A DNA stretch of 64,000 bases from Paraspadella gotoi (taxonomy: Eukaryota; Animalia; Chaetognatha), in assembly GCA_051294375.1 (NCBI GenBank), contig CM119266.1:17106087-17170086 (forward strand), written 5' to 3'. Shown in pieces: positions 1-13,900 of the stretch (position 1 is the stretch's first letter; every line of letters begins with the position of its first letter). A program made the position numbers and the translations under genes. The notes under the pieces are model-generated. The model had not been told where the DNA came from, searched no databases, and saw only the letters and a list, made by a program, of their open reading frames with translations.

Positions 1-667
1 AAGAACAAAATGCAAGTTGAAGGAAAAGAGGGAATTTGAAAAAAAGAGGCAAGCTCTGTCAAAATCGTTTCAACACCCTTAGCGCAATCATAACCTTCAT
101 AACAGCCTACACAGCATACTGAAAGATGCTGAGGGGAGAGCATTTAAATAAATCATAAACTTATAATTTGATAAAGCAATGTGGTTACCAGGATAGAGGC
201 TCCCCTACCGCCAGAAACTTTCTCTCCCCCGGGTTTTCTCTTCCCTCTCCTCATCCCCGAAACACAAATATAGGTTCTTGGAGATGGGCATCACAACAGC
301 TCTCTAGGTCTCGGGGTCCATGAAACTTCCCTCTCCCTTCTCCCCTTTTTACCATCTAAAAAAATTAAAATGTTTAAGAATTTACATTAGATTTTTTTTC
401 AGTAGCTTCTGCTTCCATTTTTTCGTAGGTCAAATAGTTTAGAAGTTAGAGGCTAAAAAAGATCGCTTCCTCAAGTGAAAATGGCAAAAAAAAATCATAT
501 TTAGTTTTCTATTATTTTTAATATTGAATTATTTGTTTTTAATTCAAATTGAGTTATTTTTTTTCATTTTTTTAATTTTGGGAATGCCAGAGGCAGGGCA
601 CCTCTCTTTGTTTCATAAAGGTGCCATTGTAGCTTTCAGAAAAGATGCGTAACATCAGCAGCGGGGC

Positions 668-775
668 TAAAAAAGTGTAGAAAAACATATCACCGTCATA
701 CCTCAATTCAAGAGCATGCCCAGATGATTGCAGGCAGTAATCGATGACGAGGGAAGGTATATATATTTTTATTTA
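668..775 (+). pseudogene. Degenerate Tc1-type transposase C-terminal remnant
   Basis: Reads KKV*KNISPSYL / KSMPR*LQAVIDDEGRY, matching the Tc1 C-terminal motif W...SMPRRLQAVI..KG..Y, with stops and a frameshift. Confidence 0.6.
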
Positions 776-1019
776 AAAAATAACCTTTTCAACAATTATG
801 TCAATATGTGATATACTTTTTTCTAGATAGTATGTATCCTATTATCCCTTTCCATATTATTAATATATTTCTAACCATAGATAGATACATACCTTCATTG
901 GTTACCTGTTCTTTTGTTCTTTTTCTTATATTCGTTTTTCTTCCTCATTCTATTTTTTTCATTTGCTCGCTTTTCGTTTTTCTGTTAATTATATTCGTTC
1001 ATTTTTTATTCATTTAATT

Positions 1020-1350
1020 TTAGTTGCGCCGCGCGTACTCGCGTCACTTTTCAGTTGGTCTGTCTGTCAGTCCTACTTATGTTAAAAATGCTCATAACTT
1101 ACATTTAGTTGGTTGCTCATTTGTTAAAACAAGAATAAACTTCAAATAAAAGGGACTGCTAGCACCGCCTTCAGGAAATCGTAAAACTATAAAAAATAAA
1201 AGACATAATTCCGATTCAGTGCGTGTCATAAATAGACGGGCTTAGAAAGTTATTGTAGTAATGTCATATCACGTCATGTCATGTCCCGAGAAATACACGT
1301 GATAAGGCAGTCACTGCGATGTAACACAATAGAATTATCATTTTTGTTTT
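1020..1350 (+). mobile_element. Helentron-associated (HINE/DINE-1-like) element, family B
   Basis: Starts tttagttgcgccgc and has a GTCY microsatellite. It is the reverse-complement homolog of 56940-57315, which shows the subterminal inverted repeat gttgcgccgc/gcggcgcaac. Confidence 0.55.
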
Positions 1351-1982
1351 TTGTACTTTCCAGTTATTCGTTCATTTTCATCACTTGTTCATTTTTTTTT
1401 TAAATCGTTCCTTCATTTGAAAGAGAGACACAGTGATACACACAGACACATAAAATGACATTTTATATATGTACAATATTCATTTTTAAAATGTTTCTCG
1501 AATTTCGATTCTAGACATATTTATAATTTTTATTACGCTATACCAAACTAAATAGCCAAATAGGGGCAATGGTTGAATTCCTTACACAAATGACTGATAG
1601 AATCATCGTTATTATTTCTTTCTTTAAAGAGAAATTAGAAATTTTTCACGCTCAAATTATTTTCTTAATCATTAATGAAATTCATACGTCGTTTTTGCTA
1701 CATAACAATTAGGAATGATACGTGGTAACCATTTGAAACAAAATTTAAATTTAGATCAACATCAAGCCGATTGTAATTAAGACAAGTCACCAAATACAAA
1801 TACCAAAGCTTTTATTTGACAAAATGACTCAATTAAATTCAATATAATTAAAATTGATAAAACATAATCTATCATGCTAAATTCAGGCTCAAAACGATAA
1901 CGAAATAATTGGATCTTCAAAACGGTTTTTCCTTGCCACCAGATTATTGACCTTATATCCATTTTGTAATCGGTTTGGATCG

Positions 1983-4900
1983 CTACAGCACTAGTTCGAC
2001 GTAATTGGCTGGCAACATTCCGGCATGTCCGCTCCTTTTGTGCACCCCCTATAAATGTAATTAAAAATCATTTTGATAATACGATGATATCTTAAATAAA
2101 TTGATGAGTCTGGTTTCGCAGGGCGCCACATCCGTATCGGTGTCACCACGCGGTGGCAGAGAGTAGTCCAGAGCATTGGATCTGGTTGCAGGCCTGTTGT
2201 CGGGCCGAAGCTTTCAAAAGTAGGTGGATTACCCCACACTTTTATTGTGCCCAGTGGGTGTGGGAGATTTTTCTGGAACTAAACAACCGGTAGTAAACTA
2301 TCTAACCGGCCAGTCACACATCGGAAATGATGTGTTAGCCCAGTGCGCGGTTACAAAGCTGATAAAAAAAGGAGTCGTATACACCGAGTAGTGATACCAA
2401 TCGCTACAAGCATATCTAACGTGTTTAGTAAATACAGAGTAAACACGTAAACATAGTAAACACTGTTTACCTTGCATTGATTTACCTGCATCCATCCTTC
2501 ATCAATTGGTTCGCAATTAATAATGAGGTCTCCCTCATCAAATCCAATTTCGTCATCATCTTGAGCCCGGTAGTCGTAGATCGCCTTGTAGACCCGCTGA
2601 AAGAACGTAATTTTATTATAATAACTTTTTAGCCGGATCTGTTTACAGTAGATTCCGGCTCCATAATTCACTTTGTCGGTCCGCCCCCAAATCTTGTCGG
2701 GCATTCACTTATATCATGTCAGAACATCTAATTATGATAAAATACCAAAAAAATTTCCGTCCGTCCGTCTGTCTGTCTGTAGCAAAAAATACCAATTACT
2801 CGTGATTTGATGGAGGGATAAGAATGAAATTTTGTGTGTGGGAAGGAAAGTGTGTGATTGAGCAGGAAATTGATGTAAGTCGCGGTGCACAGTCTCGTGG
2901 AAAAGTTTATTCACGCTATTCTCATGCAAAATTTTTTACCTTGTGACCAAAATTTTTGCTCTGTCTGATTACTAACATATGCCTTATATTCAAACGAACC
3001 TAGGCTCTTTTTACCATGACTGTTTTTCATCAGTAAGATCGCAAAGATTATCAAAATATGTAAAAAATCAGGCTAAAAGTAGCTTAAAACGGTGACAAAA
3101 TTTCTTACCATCGTTATTGTAATTGATCTGGGTTAAACTTGGTTATTAAAAAAAATTATATTCAAACTCAATTGACTACTAGAGATCAAGAGCTATCTTT
3201 TAAACCTATTATTTTTTCATTTAAAGGAAATTTAAGGCATAACAATTAACCAAATATCTTTAAATCAGAATGACAAAACAATATTGCTTTTTTCTAGTTT
3301 TTGTATTCATTTTGTGGCTGTGACTTGTTTGGCGTTTTAAGAAAGATCTAAGAGTCATTTTTGGGAAAAGCATCTTCTTAGAACTTTAGGTATAAATTTT
3401 TATAAAAATATTTTAAAGTTTAGTATACTAAAATGATTTTTAATTAATTAAAAAGTTAAATATTTACATTTTTGAAAAAAACATTTGTCTCATGGAGAAT
3501 TATAAATAAGGAACTTGAGAAATAATTTTGCATTTTGAAAAAAATCAGATTTTTCCCAATCGATTTTGTCACAATCTGATGTTTTTATTTTTTTGATTTA
3601 TTTATTTTTTATGCAAAATTATAATTCTTCGTGAGCATGGTCTGAAAAAGTTTTTAATTTTTAGTTTTTTATTCTTTTATGTTTTCCATAATTATTCAAG
3701 AGGGATATGGAGGACAGTTTTTCTTATTTTATGTTATTGTGATCATTTGCTATTAATTTTTATGAATCATTACTTTTAATAATAATACTGTAATGTTTTT
3801 TATATTAAAAAAAATTAATAATTTTTTTTCCTCCTTATAACATTGATAGGTATTATTTTTTAATGTATCAAAGACTATAATTATAGAAATGATAATTATA
3901 ATTATTGTCAATATTAACAAAAGAAATGGAAAGGTGAATTTGGAATGTTTATGACATAACAAGGCTGAGTAAGTGAGCAAAAGTTCTGAAATTGATGCAG
4001 AAACAAAGAAAAAGCGACAGAGAGAGAGTGAGGCAAAGAGTGAGAGCTAAAGAGCCAAAGCAAAAGTAAGAGAGAGAATTCTGATTGTTGTTTAAGATAC
4101 GAAGGTTGCACGTTCGAGGCTACCACAAATATTTTTTTTGTAACCAGGAGACGTCAGATAAGAAAGATATTGAATGTGACTTGATTGATTGATTAAATAA
4201 TTAATTAATAGATAAATAAATTGATTTATTGAACAATAAATTGAATAATTGACTGATAATTAATTATTGATTAATTAATTGATTAATTAACTGATTAATT
4301 ATTTGATTAATTAATACATCTTGTATTTCAAATCAGATCTGCCCACAGTCATTATTGGTAATTAATTAACAATTAATTAATTAATAATTAATTCAAGTTA
4401 ATTAATTATTTAATTAAATATTAATTAATTTTTTCAAGTTAATTATTAAATTAATTAGGCAAATAATTAATTTTATACAAAATGCTTGTTTTGATTGATT
4501 AATTGACTGATTAATTATTGATAAATTAATTGACTAATTGATTAATTAACTGATTAATTATTTTATTAATTAATACATCTTGCATTTACATTTAAAATAA
4601 AAATAAAAAGAAGCATAATCAATAAACAAAACATATTTAATAACTGTCCTCACCCAATTTCAAGGACCTCGACGATGAGAAGCTGTATATATACAACAAC
4701 AACGACGACGACGCCATTTATGTGCGAAACCACAGCAAAATCGTTGTAAACGCAGAGCGATTGCGACGATAAAAATACAAATTAAATTAATAAACTAAAA
4801 TTGATCTTTACTTTTTTTAATTAAACCTACTTCCACTAGCCTGATTCCGTTGAAACTTGAATTCCAGCTCAATGAACTAGTTTTTTAATCACGGACAAAA

Positions 4901-7900
4901 TTTCAACTCAATTGATTTATCCAAACATAAATAATAAGGCTTTAAAGATATGGGAGAAAAGATGGACAGACAGACAGATGGACAGACAAATGTTTAAAGT
5001 TTTTGATATCAAACGACAGCTTAAACAAAGGAGATTCTGACTGCATTGTTTTTTAAGAGATATGTTGTTCACACATTATAGAATAAACCAATCTTCTTTT
5101 TAGTTTGAATTCTGACGGCATTTAGGTATTTAACTGTATCTTGAGAGCATTAAAAGATTTTGCATTAATTTTTATACATAACATTCACGGAGTAATGACC
5201 TAGAATGAGAAATAATAAAAAATGAAAAAATCAATAATGAATTTTTTTTTTTAACTGCATAGTTTATTCTACGAGACTGTACATCGCGTCGTAATCATCC
5301 AAGTGAAAATGGGCTAAAATGGGAAAAACAAACATACTATTTCACTATTTGATTGATTATGCTTTTTTTTATATTAAATGTAAATTCAAGCTACATTATT
5401 TAATTATTAATAAGTAAATAATTTATTAATTATTTGTAATTAATTAATTTGGTGATTGAGATTGTTGTTTGTGATTGAGAAGCGAGACAAAATGGAAAAC
5501 GATTTTGACAAGAATAAAAAAATTAATATTAATTAATTAATTATCTTATCAGCTGCTTACCGCTAATGATCGTGGGCAGATCCGACATTGTTTGCTCAAA
5601 CTTGTTTTTTACTTACTAACTAATAACAATTATTACTGTCTCTTCAATAAAGGTTATTATTCCATCTTTGAAAAATTGTTTTTGAAATTGTTAAAAATTC
5701 GCAAAATTACCAAATTTATCCAAGGGGTTATTTTCAATTTTTGACCCATTTATGATCAGAAATTTTTAAAAGTTAGAATAGAAAAATTTAAAATAAAAAT
5801 TTTTTTTACTATTTTACTGATAATTTAAAATTGTAAAGTGTTCAATTTTGGCTCGCCTCACTAGATATCCTTATCAAAATTAATAAGTAGTTACTTACCC
5901 CTTCTGGCTTCGGAAGGGATGGGGGAGCTGAAGCAGGAACGTTTCTGTTTGCCTGAGAGCCACTGGAAGTGCTTTTCCACGCTGTAAGAAAAAAGAAAAA
6001 GAGTTAAACTTAATTAATATTATTATAATATATAATTAGGAAAAACATTTTTGAATTATTACATCGATTTTATTGACATGACAAGTTGATGATGAAGATT
6101 AAAAACTGTCCAGAGTCGAAACATGTCCGACTTATCATGTCAATTAAACCGTTGTAATAATTCAAAACTGTTTTTTCTAAATTCTAACAACAACGAAAAG
6201 AAAGTCTATACACAATATATAATTAATATAATTACTTATACGGGGATATATTTTTTGCTCAAATATAACTTTAAACCTTTTTCAGACAACTTTGATATTT
6301 AATGATTAAAAATAATGAATTTTTTTAAACAATTTATAAACAGTAAACTAATGATTATACATTATATTCCATTGCGTAGAGTACTTGAGAATAATTTTTT
6401 GATTTGAATAATCGACAAATAATAATTTTACCTATAATTTTACCTATTATTATAAATATTAAATACAAAACTTTTTTTTTGCATGTTTCTTTTTGAGGAA
6501 AAAAGTTATGCCGATGGAATACGTGCATTCCACAGGGGGGCATTATCAGACCAAACATTTTTAACCTTTATATATTATCTTCCATATTAAAAAAAAGGGT
6601 CATTCAACTTGAAAATAGGCAAAAATGAAGTACAGATTCAAAAAGCTGAGCTCCTGGCCATTCCAAAAATGTATTCATTTAAAACATTTGATTTTATATC
6701 GGTTTTAATTATAATATAAAATAAAAGAAACTTATCTGAAGAGTTGCAGGTCAAACGAAAAGGCCAATCCATCTGATGTTTTTTATGAATTTTTTATTAG
6801 AGAATTCGAAAAATGTAATAGAGAGACATTTTTAAATTTCAACTTGCATCCTTGAAAATAAAACGTTTTTAAACTTTAACCCTGAATTCTTTTTAACTGG
6901 AACACGTTTATCGAAATGTCTCTCTATTACATTTTCACAAATGTTTTTAAGATTGCTAATCAAATTTTTAAATCAATATTATTGCAATCGTTTAGGCTGC
7001 AACTCTTTACATTCAGTGTAGATTCAGTGTAGATTGAATTTCTTTACCATCTATTTAATTAAAGATTTTGTTCAAGACTGAAAAACCAACAGAGTAACAA
7101 GATTAATTGTTTAACTCTCCCCTTCTAAATTTGCCTTTACCGTGTTTTAACTTCTTACCAAGAATTTTTTAACAACCAGATTGAAAAACAAATCTTTAAA
7201 AAATGTGCTTACCGATTTAATTTAACAATTTTTTTATTTACCGATTTAAAAAAAAATATTTAAAACAGAATGTTTACATATAAATAAAAACTTTTTTGGT
7301 GATTACGATATATTTCTCGATGTATTATCTCTTATACATCAAAGATTATGCATTGTTAAGTTGAATGACCTTTCCTCTTAATGTTCTTTGGTACAAGACA
7401 GTTCAATTTCATAATTTTGATTTTTAACATTCACTGTGCTTTAACTATTAATAAATATAAATAGGGCTAATCTTTGTCAATGGTTTGCAACTTCATACAT
7501 TTATGAGAAAACTTTCAATGGACCAAAAATTTATAAAATGGCTAGAAGAAATAGTAATTATTTTTTTAATATTTATTTATAGATAAGAAATGTCAAATTT
7601 TTTTTTGAATTTTGTGTTTTTAAAAGCAGATTCAGATAACTTGTCTATAAGTTGTTTACACAAAGTATAATTCTTTTTTCAATATTTTTATGTTTTTAAC
7701 AATTTTTGCTAATTTTCAGTAATAAAACATTAAAATTTTATAAAGTTGTAAGTACATTTATTGCTTAACTTTTTGAGCTCTATCAGAATCAATTAAAAAA
7801 AAACTTAAAATATCAAAAAAATTTTGACATTATATAGCAATATAATATTTTTAATTAGCGAATTACTCATGGTTTGGAACATATTTGCAAAAAAATATTT

Positions 7901-10900
7901 TAACACAATAACTAATATCATGATGGACTTGTTTCATGCTGTTCCCATTAAAATTTGAATTTTGTCGGCTACCGCTAATATAATTTATAAAGGTAGGTTT
8001 TGTTTGGGTGGGCTGATCGACGGTGATCGAGGCCGAGGTAGGCAATGACTACACGGAGTCTCAACTCAGTCGCGAGATCATAAGTGAAGATGTTGTCACT
8101 TAAAATCGCGGGCATCCATCAAGCCATCTTTCTTAATTATTACCTTAAAGGAGTATCTAATCGATGGTGTAAAATTTAGATTAAAAAAGTGTCAACATTC
8201 TAGTTAAATAACAGAGAAATATGAGCCTAAATAATTAGAAAAACGTTAACTAAGATCGAAAGCTTACCCGCAAATACTTAGGATTGCGCCAATAATTAGC
8301 TATATATCATATTTATCATTCACGCTGATTTAATATTTTTAACAACCCAAAAGCTACTCCGGCTGTAGTTAAAGTCAACTTTCTCGCTTTAAAATTGCTG
8401 CAGGAATTCGATACATTTGACATATGACTTGTATGATTTTTTCTTGAAGATGTTCTATTCCAGCCAATGTAAGCACCTTAAAGGACAAAAAATTTAGTCC
8501 CGGTTGCCAAGCGATTGTAAACCTACAAGTTCGTAATACTAGTCGTGGACCGGGGAAGTGGCTAAATGAATATTAGGTTTCTTATATAAAAACTGATGCT
8601 TGGAACCGGGGTTCGTTTGACCACTTTGAGGTAGAGATTCCTTAACCGTTAAAACTTCACCGTTCATAACAGTGAAAAATTGTTTTAACTTAACCATGAA
8701 TTTTTTTATTTTAACAGTGAAATTCGGTTTTTTTTATTTTTTATAGTTTTGGTATTTTGGTAAAGAATATTTTGTTTTCTTTAACTTATTATGCTTTTAT
8801 TAATTTATTTATAAAAAATTTAAATAAATTTTTCTGAAAACAAATCATATTCGCGTTTTTATTATAATATTTTTACTTAATAAAAATGTCTACTTATTGG
8901 AAAAAAGATGGACGGTTTCTCTCCTGTCTGAAAAGGGAGAAAAAGGTTTCCTTAGGTTAAATTCGGGATCATCTCGCACAGGTTGACCGTGAATTGATGT
9001 CTCGTAAAAAAATTGTTTTCTAAAAATTTGTGGGCTGAAATGAGATCAGCATGAAGCTCTATGAAAGTGTAAAAGAAAATACATAATTCCAAGAAAAAAC
9101 ATAAAAAGAACTCCGCGGTTACTTGTATTTCAAAGCTGTCAAGTATCTGTTTAAAGCAGTGACATATATTGTTAAACATCAAAACATCAAAAAAAGGGGA
9201 CGCAATCAATCTGAATCAGGGTATACATTGGAGGTTGCCTCTTTAATATAAAAAAATTAAAGAATTAAAAAGCTTTCTTCTTGAGAAAAACAACTTTAAA
9301 ACGCCTAATTTAAAACGTAATCACCACCTATGAAAAAATTATATTCTATACGACTTACTTTACCGCCCACCTTAGACGAAGCTGAGAAGTGCATCAAGAC
9401 TTTTTATCTCTTAACTTCAAATATTAGCTGTTGACGCTTTTTAAAGATAGTTATTAAATTTTAAAAATGATACAAGCTCATAATCACTATCATTAATTTG
9501 TTTATTATCATTAATTCAGAGTATATTCTTTATTCCTTTACTTTATTATTGCATCCTAAGTATTGAAATAAGATTTGAATACAAAGATTTAATTGCTTTT
9601 CCTTTTTTTTATTCATTTATATTACATGAACATGTCTGTTTTGCATAAAAATAAAAATCGTCAAAATTAAACTCAAACTGTCTCTAATTTATATTATCAA
9701 ATTACTTAAGTTACTAAATTAACCGATTTTAACCGTTAATGGTTAAAAAAGTAGATTTTAAATGGTCAACCAACATTTCAGAAAAATTAACGGTTAAGGA
9801 AACTACTCTGAGGTTATTTAGTAAATATTCGGTTTTACTTTGTCTTTTGCCACTGATGATGACATAAGAATAATGTATCAAAATAATTTTTTAAAATTTT
9901 TTATTCCACTCAGTTACTACACTACGGCGCAAAAAAAAAAGTAACAACTTTTTTTGCTTGAAAAAAAAAATTGGATAGCTGAATTTTACAATCATATAGA
10001 AACATAAAACAAAGCTTATTAAAAGATAAATCGATTGGTTCTTGGACATCAAAGTTAGTTGCTACAAAAAATCTGATTTTCGTCAAGAGTCTATGAATTT
10101 TCCTTATTATAAAATATTTATAAAATGAAATTAGATAAACAAATTCAGCATCAAATATATTTTGGGATAGATGTTAACCATTTTTAACCTAATAAAATTA
10201 AAATGAGTAGGGAAACTATATGGAAAAACAATTTTTTAAAAGTAAGGAAAAAGCTTTTTTATATTTTTAATTATGGTATCTCATGTTGAAGCCGAATAAT
10301 ATAAACTTCCACTACTATCTGAACCAATTCAAATTTTTCTTGCACCAACCAATTCTTTACAAGAACTATAATTTTCATGTAAATTTTCTTAAAATTAAAA
10401 AAGAAATAGTGGTGTAATTAAATCTACTTTTTTTTACGCCGCAGGGTATTATGAAAATAAATATTTTTAATATGTTTACCAATATCATTCATCAATTCCT
10501 CCGCGGTATCATCTAATAGCTCTAATTCTTTAAACTGTTTCATAACTAGCTGGATCTTTTCTTGTTGAAGTTCATTTTGTTCTTTTGTCTGTTCCTGCAT
10601 ATCTACTTTTTGGCCAGCATTTTTAAATTCAGTTTCCTTATTTGAATTTTCTCCCATTCTCTGTTTTGAACTTAAATAAAAGTCTTTGCTCGGTTTTTGT
10701 TTATCCTGATCTTGATAATGAACGTTTGAGTATTGGTCTCCACGCACCCAATCTTTCCCATTCGAATCATTGTTCTGAATATCTTGGAGTAGATAATGTT
10801 GTTGCAGTTGGAGTGAATTATCTTGTTGCAGCGATTCAGTTTCCAATTCCAAACGATCTTTATAATTATCATTTTTAACAATATCTGAATTGTCAGCATT

Positions 10901-13900
10901 TTCCCTTTCCAAAAAATCTTTCTTCGATTCAGCGTCACTTCCGTCACTCTTCTCCGAATTTTTCACATCTTTCCGTTTTGACTTTTTGCCATTGTTATAA
11001 TCAACACTTTCACTTGATTTATAGTCAGGAGAAGGCGGATGAGTGATAACAAGATAAACGACTAACCCAATGACCTGATATTCAGTAACAAATTTAAAAA
11101 AAAATTTCAATCTACACCTTGATACCAAGCGACGGCACTCGGCAAAAGATATGTCATGGCTCAAAAACGGTCTTCCTGGAGGTCGATGTATTCCAGGGGA
11201 AGGTTTATTGTGTTTGCCGAGGGTAGTAATATTATCATGGTTGCTTTCTAGAGACATACTATGTATGCTATTGTGGCTATCAATCCGATTCACTTCCTTG
11301 AGCCAATCCTAGTGGCTCAGCGTGGGAAATGATAATCTGAACCCAGCATTTCTAAGTCCCTTGTTCGAATATTTGAATGAATAAATGTGTGAGAGATAAA
11401 GAGTCAAAAATGACAGGTAAAAGATGATAAACCACAAGTTCGATGCTTACCAAATTTTTTTAATAATAAAAAAAAGAGAGAGAGAGAATTTAGACGAATC
11501 AGAATAGACAGCGATTGAAAAGTTTTTTTTCTCTATTATATGCCAATTTGCATATTACAGTTAGTCATATTATAGATAGGAATGTATTAGTTATGACACG
11601 GTAGCTCATTGAGTAAAGCCATCTGCTATTGACCGTTAGTTACCAGGTTCAATATTAACCCGGTTCATCCGCTTTGGGATGTGTGATGACAACTGTAAAC
11701 GGGTTTAGTAGCGTGGATTACCCTAGCGCCAGGTTGGAGGTTCAGAAATCAGAACCCATTCTATGACTGTGGGAAGAGGTTCAAGTAGTTGATGCCAGTT
11801 ATCTTTAAAATTAAATTTATAATCCCAATTATAATTTATAATATAATATCTCAATTATAATTTATAATCCCAATTTATAATCTCAGAGTTCTCCTTTAGT
11901 CTGACAAACCCATATTTACTTTACCCCAAGAAGTAGTACGGCGGCAATTCCACCATAGAGTTGAACACTGGCAGTATAGTCTTGGCAGCAAAATAGTGAG
12001 CTTAACTGGTTGGCTTTTTCCTCTAGCTTGCCCGCCTCTTTTGCTAAATCTTCAGCAACCTTTGCTGTTTCTTGTAATTCTTCCGTTCTGTTTTGACTTA
12101 TAGCGTTATTTTTCTCCATGGTTGATCGAATATTTATTAATTCCTGAATCACGTCTCTCTGGATCAGGAAAGGTAATATAAAATAAATTTGAGTTTTTAG
12201 TCGGATCTGCTTATCAGCAGTTCCCGACTCTATAATTCACTTTGTCGGTCCGCCCCTCAATATTGTCGGGTACTCACTTATATCATGTCAGAACATCAAA
12301 TTATGATAAATTATAAAAAAAAATTATGTCCGTCCATCCGTCCGTCAGTCCTACCTTAGAAAAAAACACCAATTACTCGAGACTGGATAGATGGATTGGA
12401 TTGAAATTTTGTGTGTGGGTAGGGAAGTGTATGATTGAGCTGGATATGAAGTTTTAATGAAATCGTCCGAGTGGAAATGAGATTAAATGGAAAAAACAAA
12501 AAAATATATTTCACAATCTGAAGACCAATTGCTCATGAGTGGATGGGGCGATTGACCTGGAATTTTGTATGTGGGTAGGAAAGTGTGTGATTAAGCTGGA
12601 AATCAAGTTTCAATGGAATGGTTTGAGTGGAAATGAGTTTAAATGGAAAAAACAAAAAATCTGTTTCACTAATTGATTATGCTTCTTTTTTCCTTTTATA
12701 TCAAATGATTAATCAGTTAATTAATAAATTAGTCAATTATTTAATCAATAATTAATTAATCAGTCAATCAATCAAGTTTAATCGTTATCGGCATTATTTT
12801 CATCGTCGTCATTGCTTTTGTCGTAGTTAGTGACAAAAAGTCCTAAAAACAAACATTTGGGATCAAATTAATTAATTAATTGTCTAATTAATTAATTAAC
12901 TTGAAATATTTAATTATTAATTAATTAATTATCGATAATGATCGTGGGTAGATCCGACATTGTTTACTCAAACTTGTTTCTTAAAAAAATAGTGTCAAAA
13001 ATTATAGTTTCTGAAAAATTCGAATAAACCTTCTCACAAAACTGAACTATTTTTTCTCTAATTGCATTTTTTTAAAGGTTTTAAGCGAGCAACATCTAGC
13101 CAAATTTGATCGTACATTTTTATTTTGAGAGCTAAATCGCCGTTTAAAACAGTGATATAGATGAAGTGTCTGGCTAAGATAAGATATAAGACTAAACTTT
13201 GACGGAAAAAGCCAGATTTTTTAAAAATATATTCTTATACCGGCCTATGTAGAATGATGTTGTTACTATTAAGTTTCAAGTAAATCCAACCATGAATATA
13301 GAAAATATTAACCAGAATCTTAGAAAATCCACCCTTGATGGAAGATTTTTGCCTTAAAATTTGAAAACTTAGAATTCCGATCATTAGCTACTCTTTTAGT
13401 TTTAGTTAAATAACACTTTCACCAAAATTCACTTTACCATGATCGTATATATTAAATAAATAAAATATTTAAAAAAATTGTGAGCCCTTCAGATACTGGA
13501 TCAAAGGATTCCTGAATTTGAAGTCATTTATTGAACTGGAACATACCTAAATCCCGTTAATATTGTTTTGAAGGGAAAAAAATCCTTTTCATTTCTATAT
13601 AAAATCAAATATGAAAAACATTTTTGTACTGAAGCAGTTTATTTGTTCTGGCTCATTTGATATCAAAATGAATGATTTGACAAGAGAAAAAAAATGCGAG
13701 CTCTTCAGAGCATTGCAGAAGATCTAGAAACTCAAAAGATGGAATCGGATCATTGACTCCGGGAGAAATCACCGAAAATGGAATTAAGCTCTCTGATTGG
13801 TCAAAAGCCAGATGGAATCGGCCAATAGGCGGATGGGCTTCCATCTGCCTGGAAATTCTCCCCACGTCGTTGATCCACTTGCTCTGTATAAATTGCATTG

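Noticed and set aside
7863-8130. GC-richer coding-looking patch in the LASP intron
   Set aside because: No frame gives a recognisable protein or a consistent exon; it may be 3' UTR of the nested gene.
11075-11293. N-terminal part of the 289-aa ORF
   Set aside because: Lies upstream of the acceptor at 11074 that completes the TM helix; probably intronic read-through. The TLRRKKK end of the same ORF is MITE sequence.
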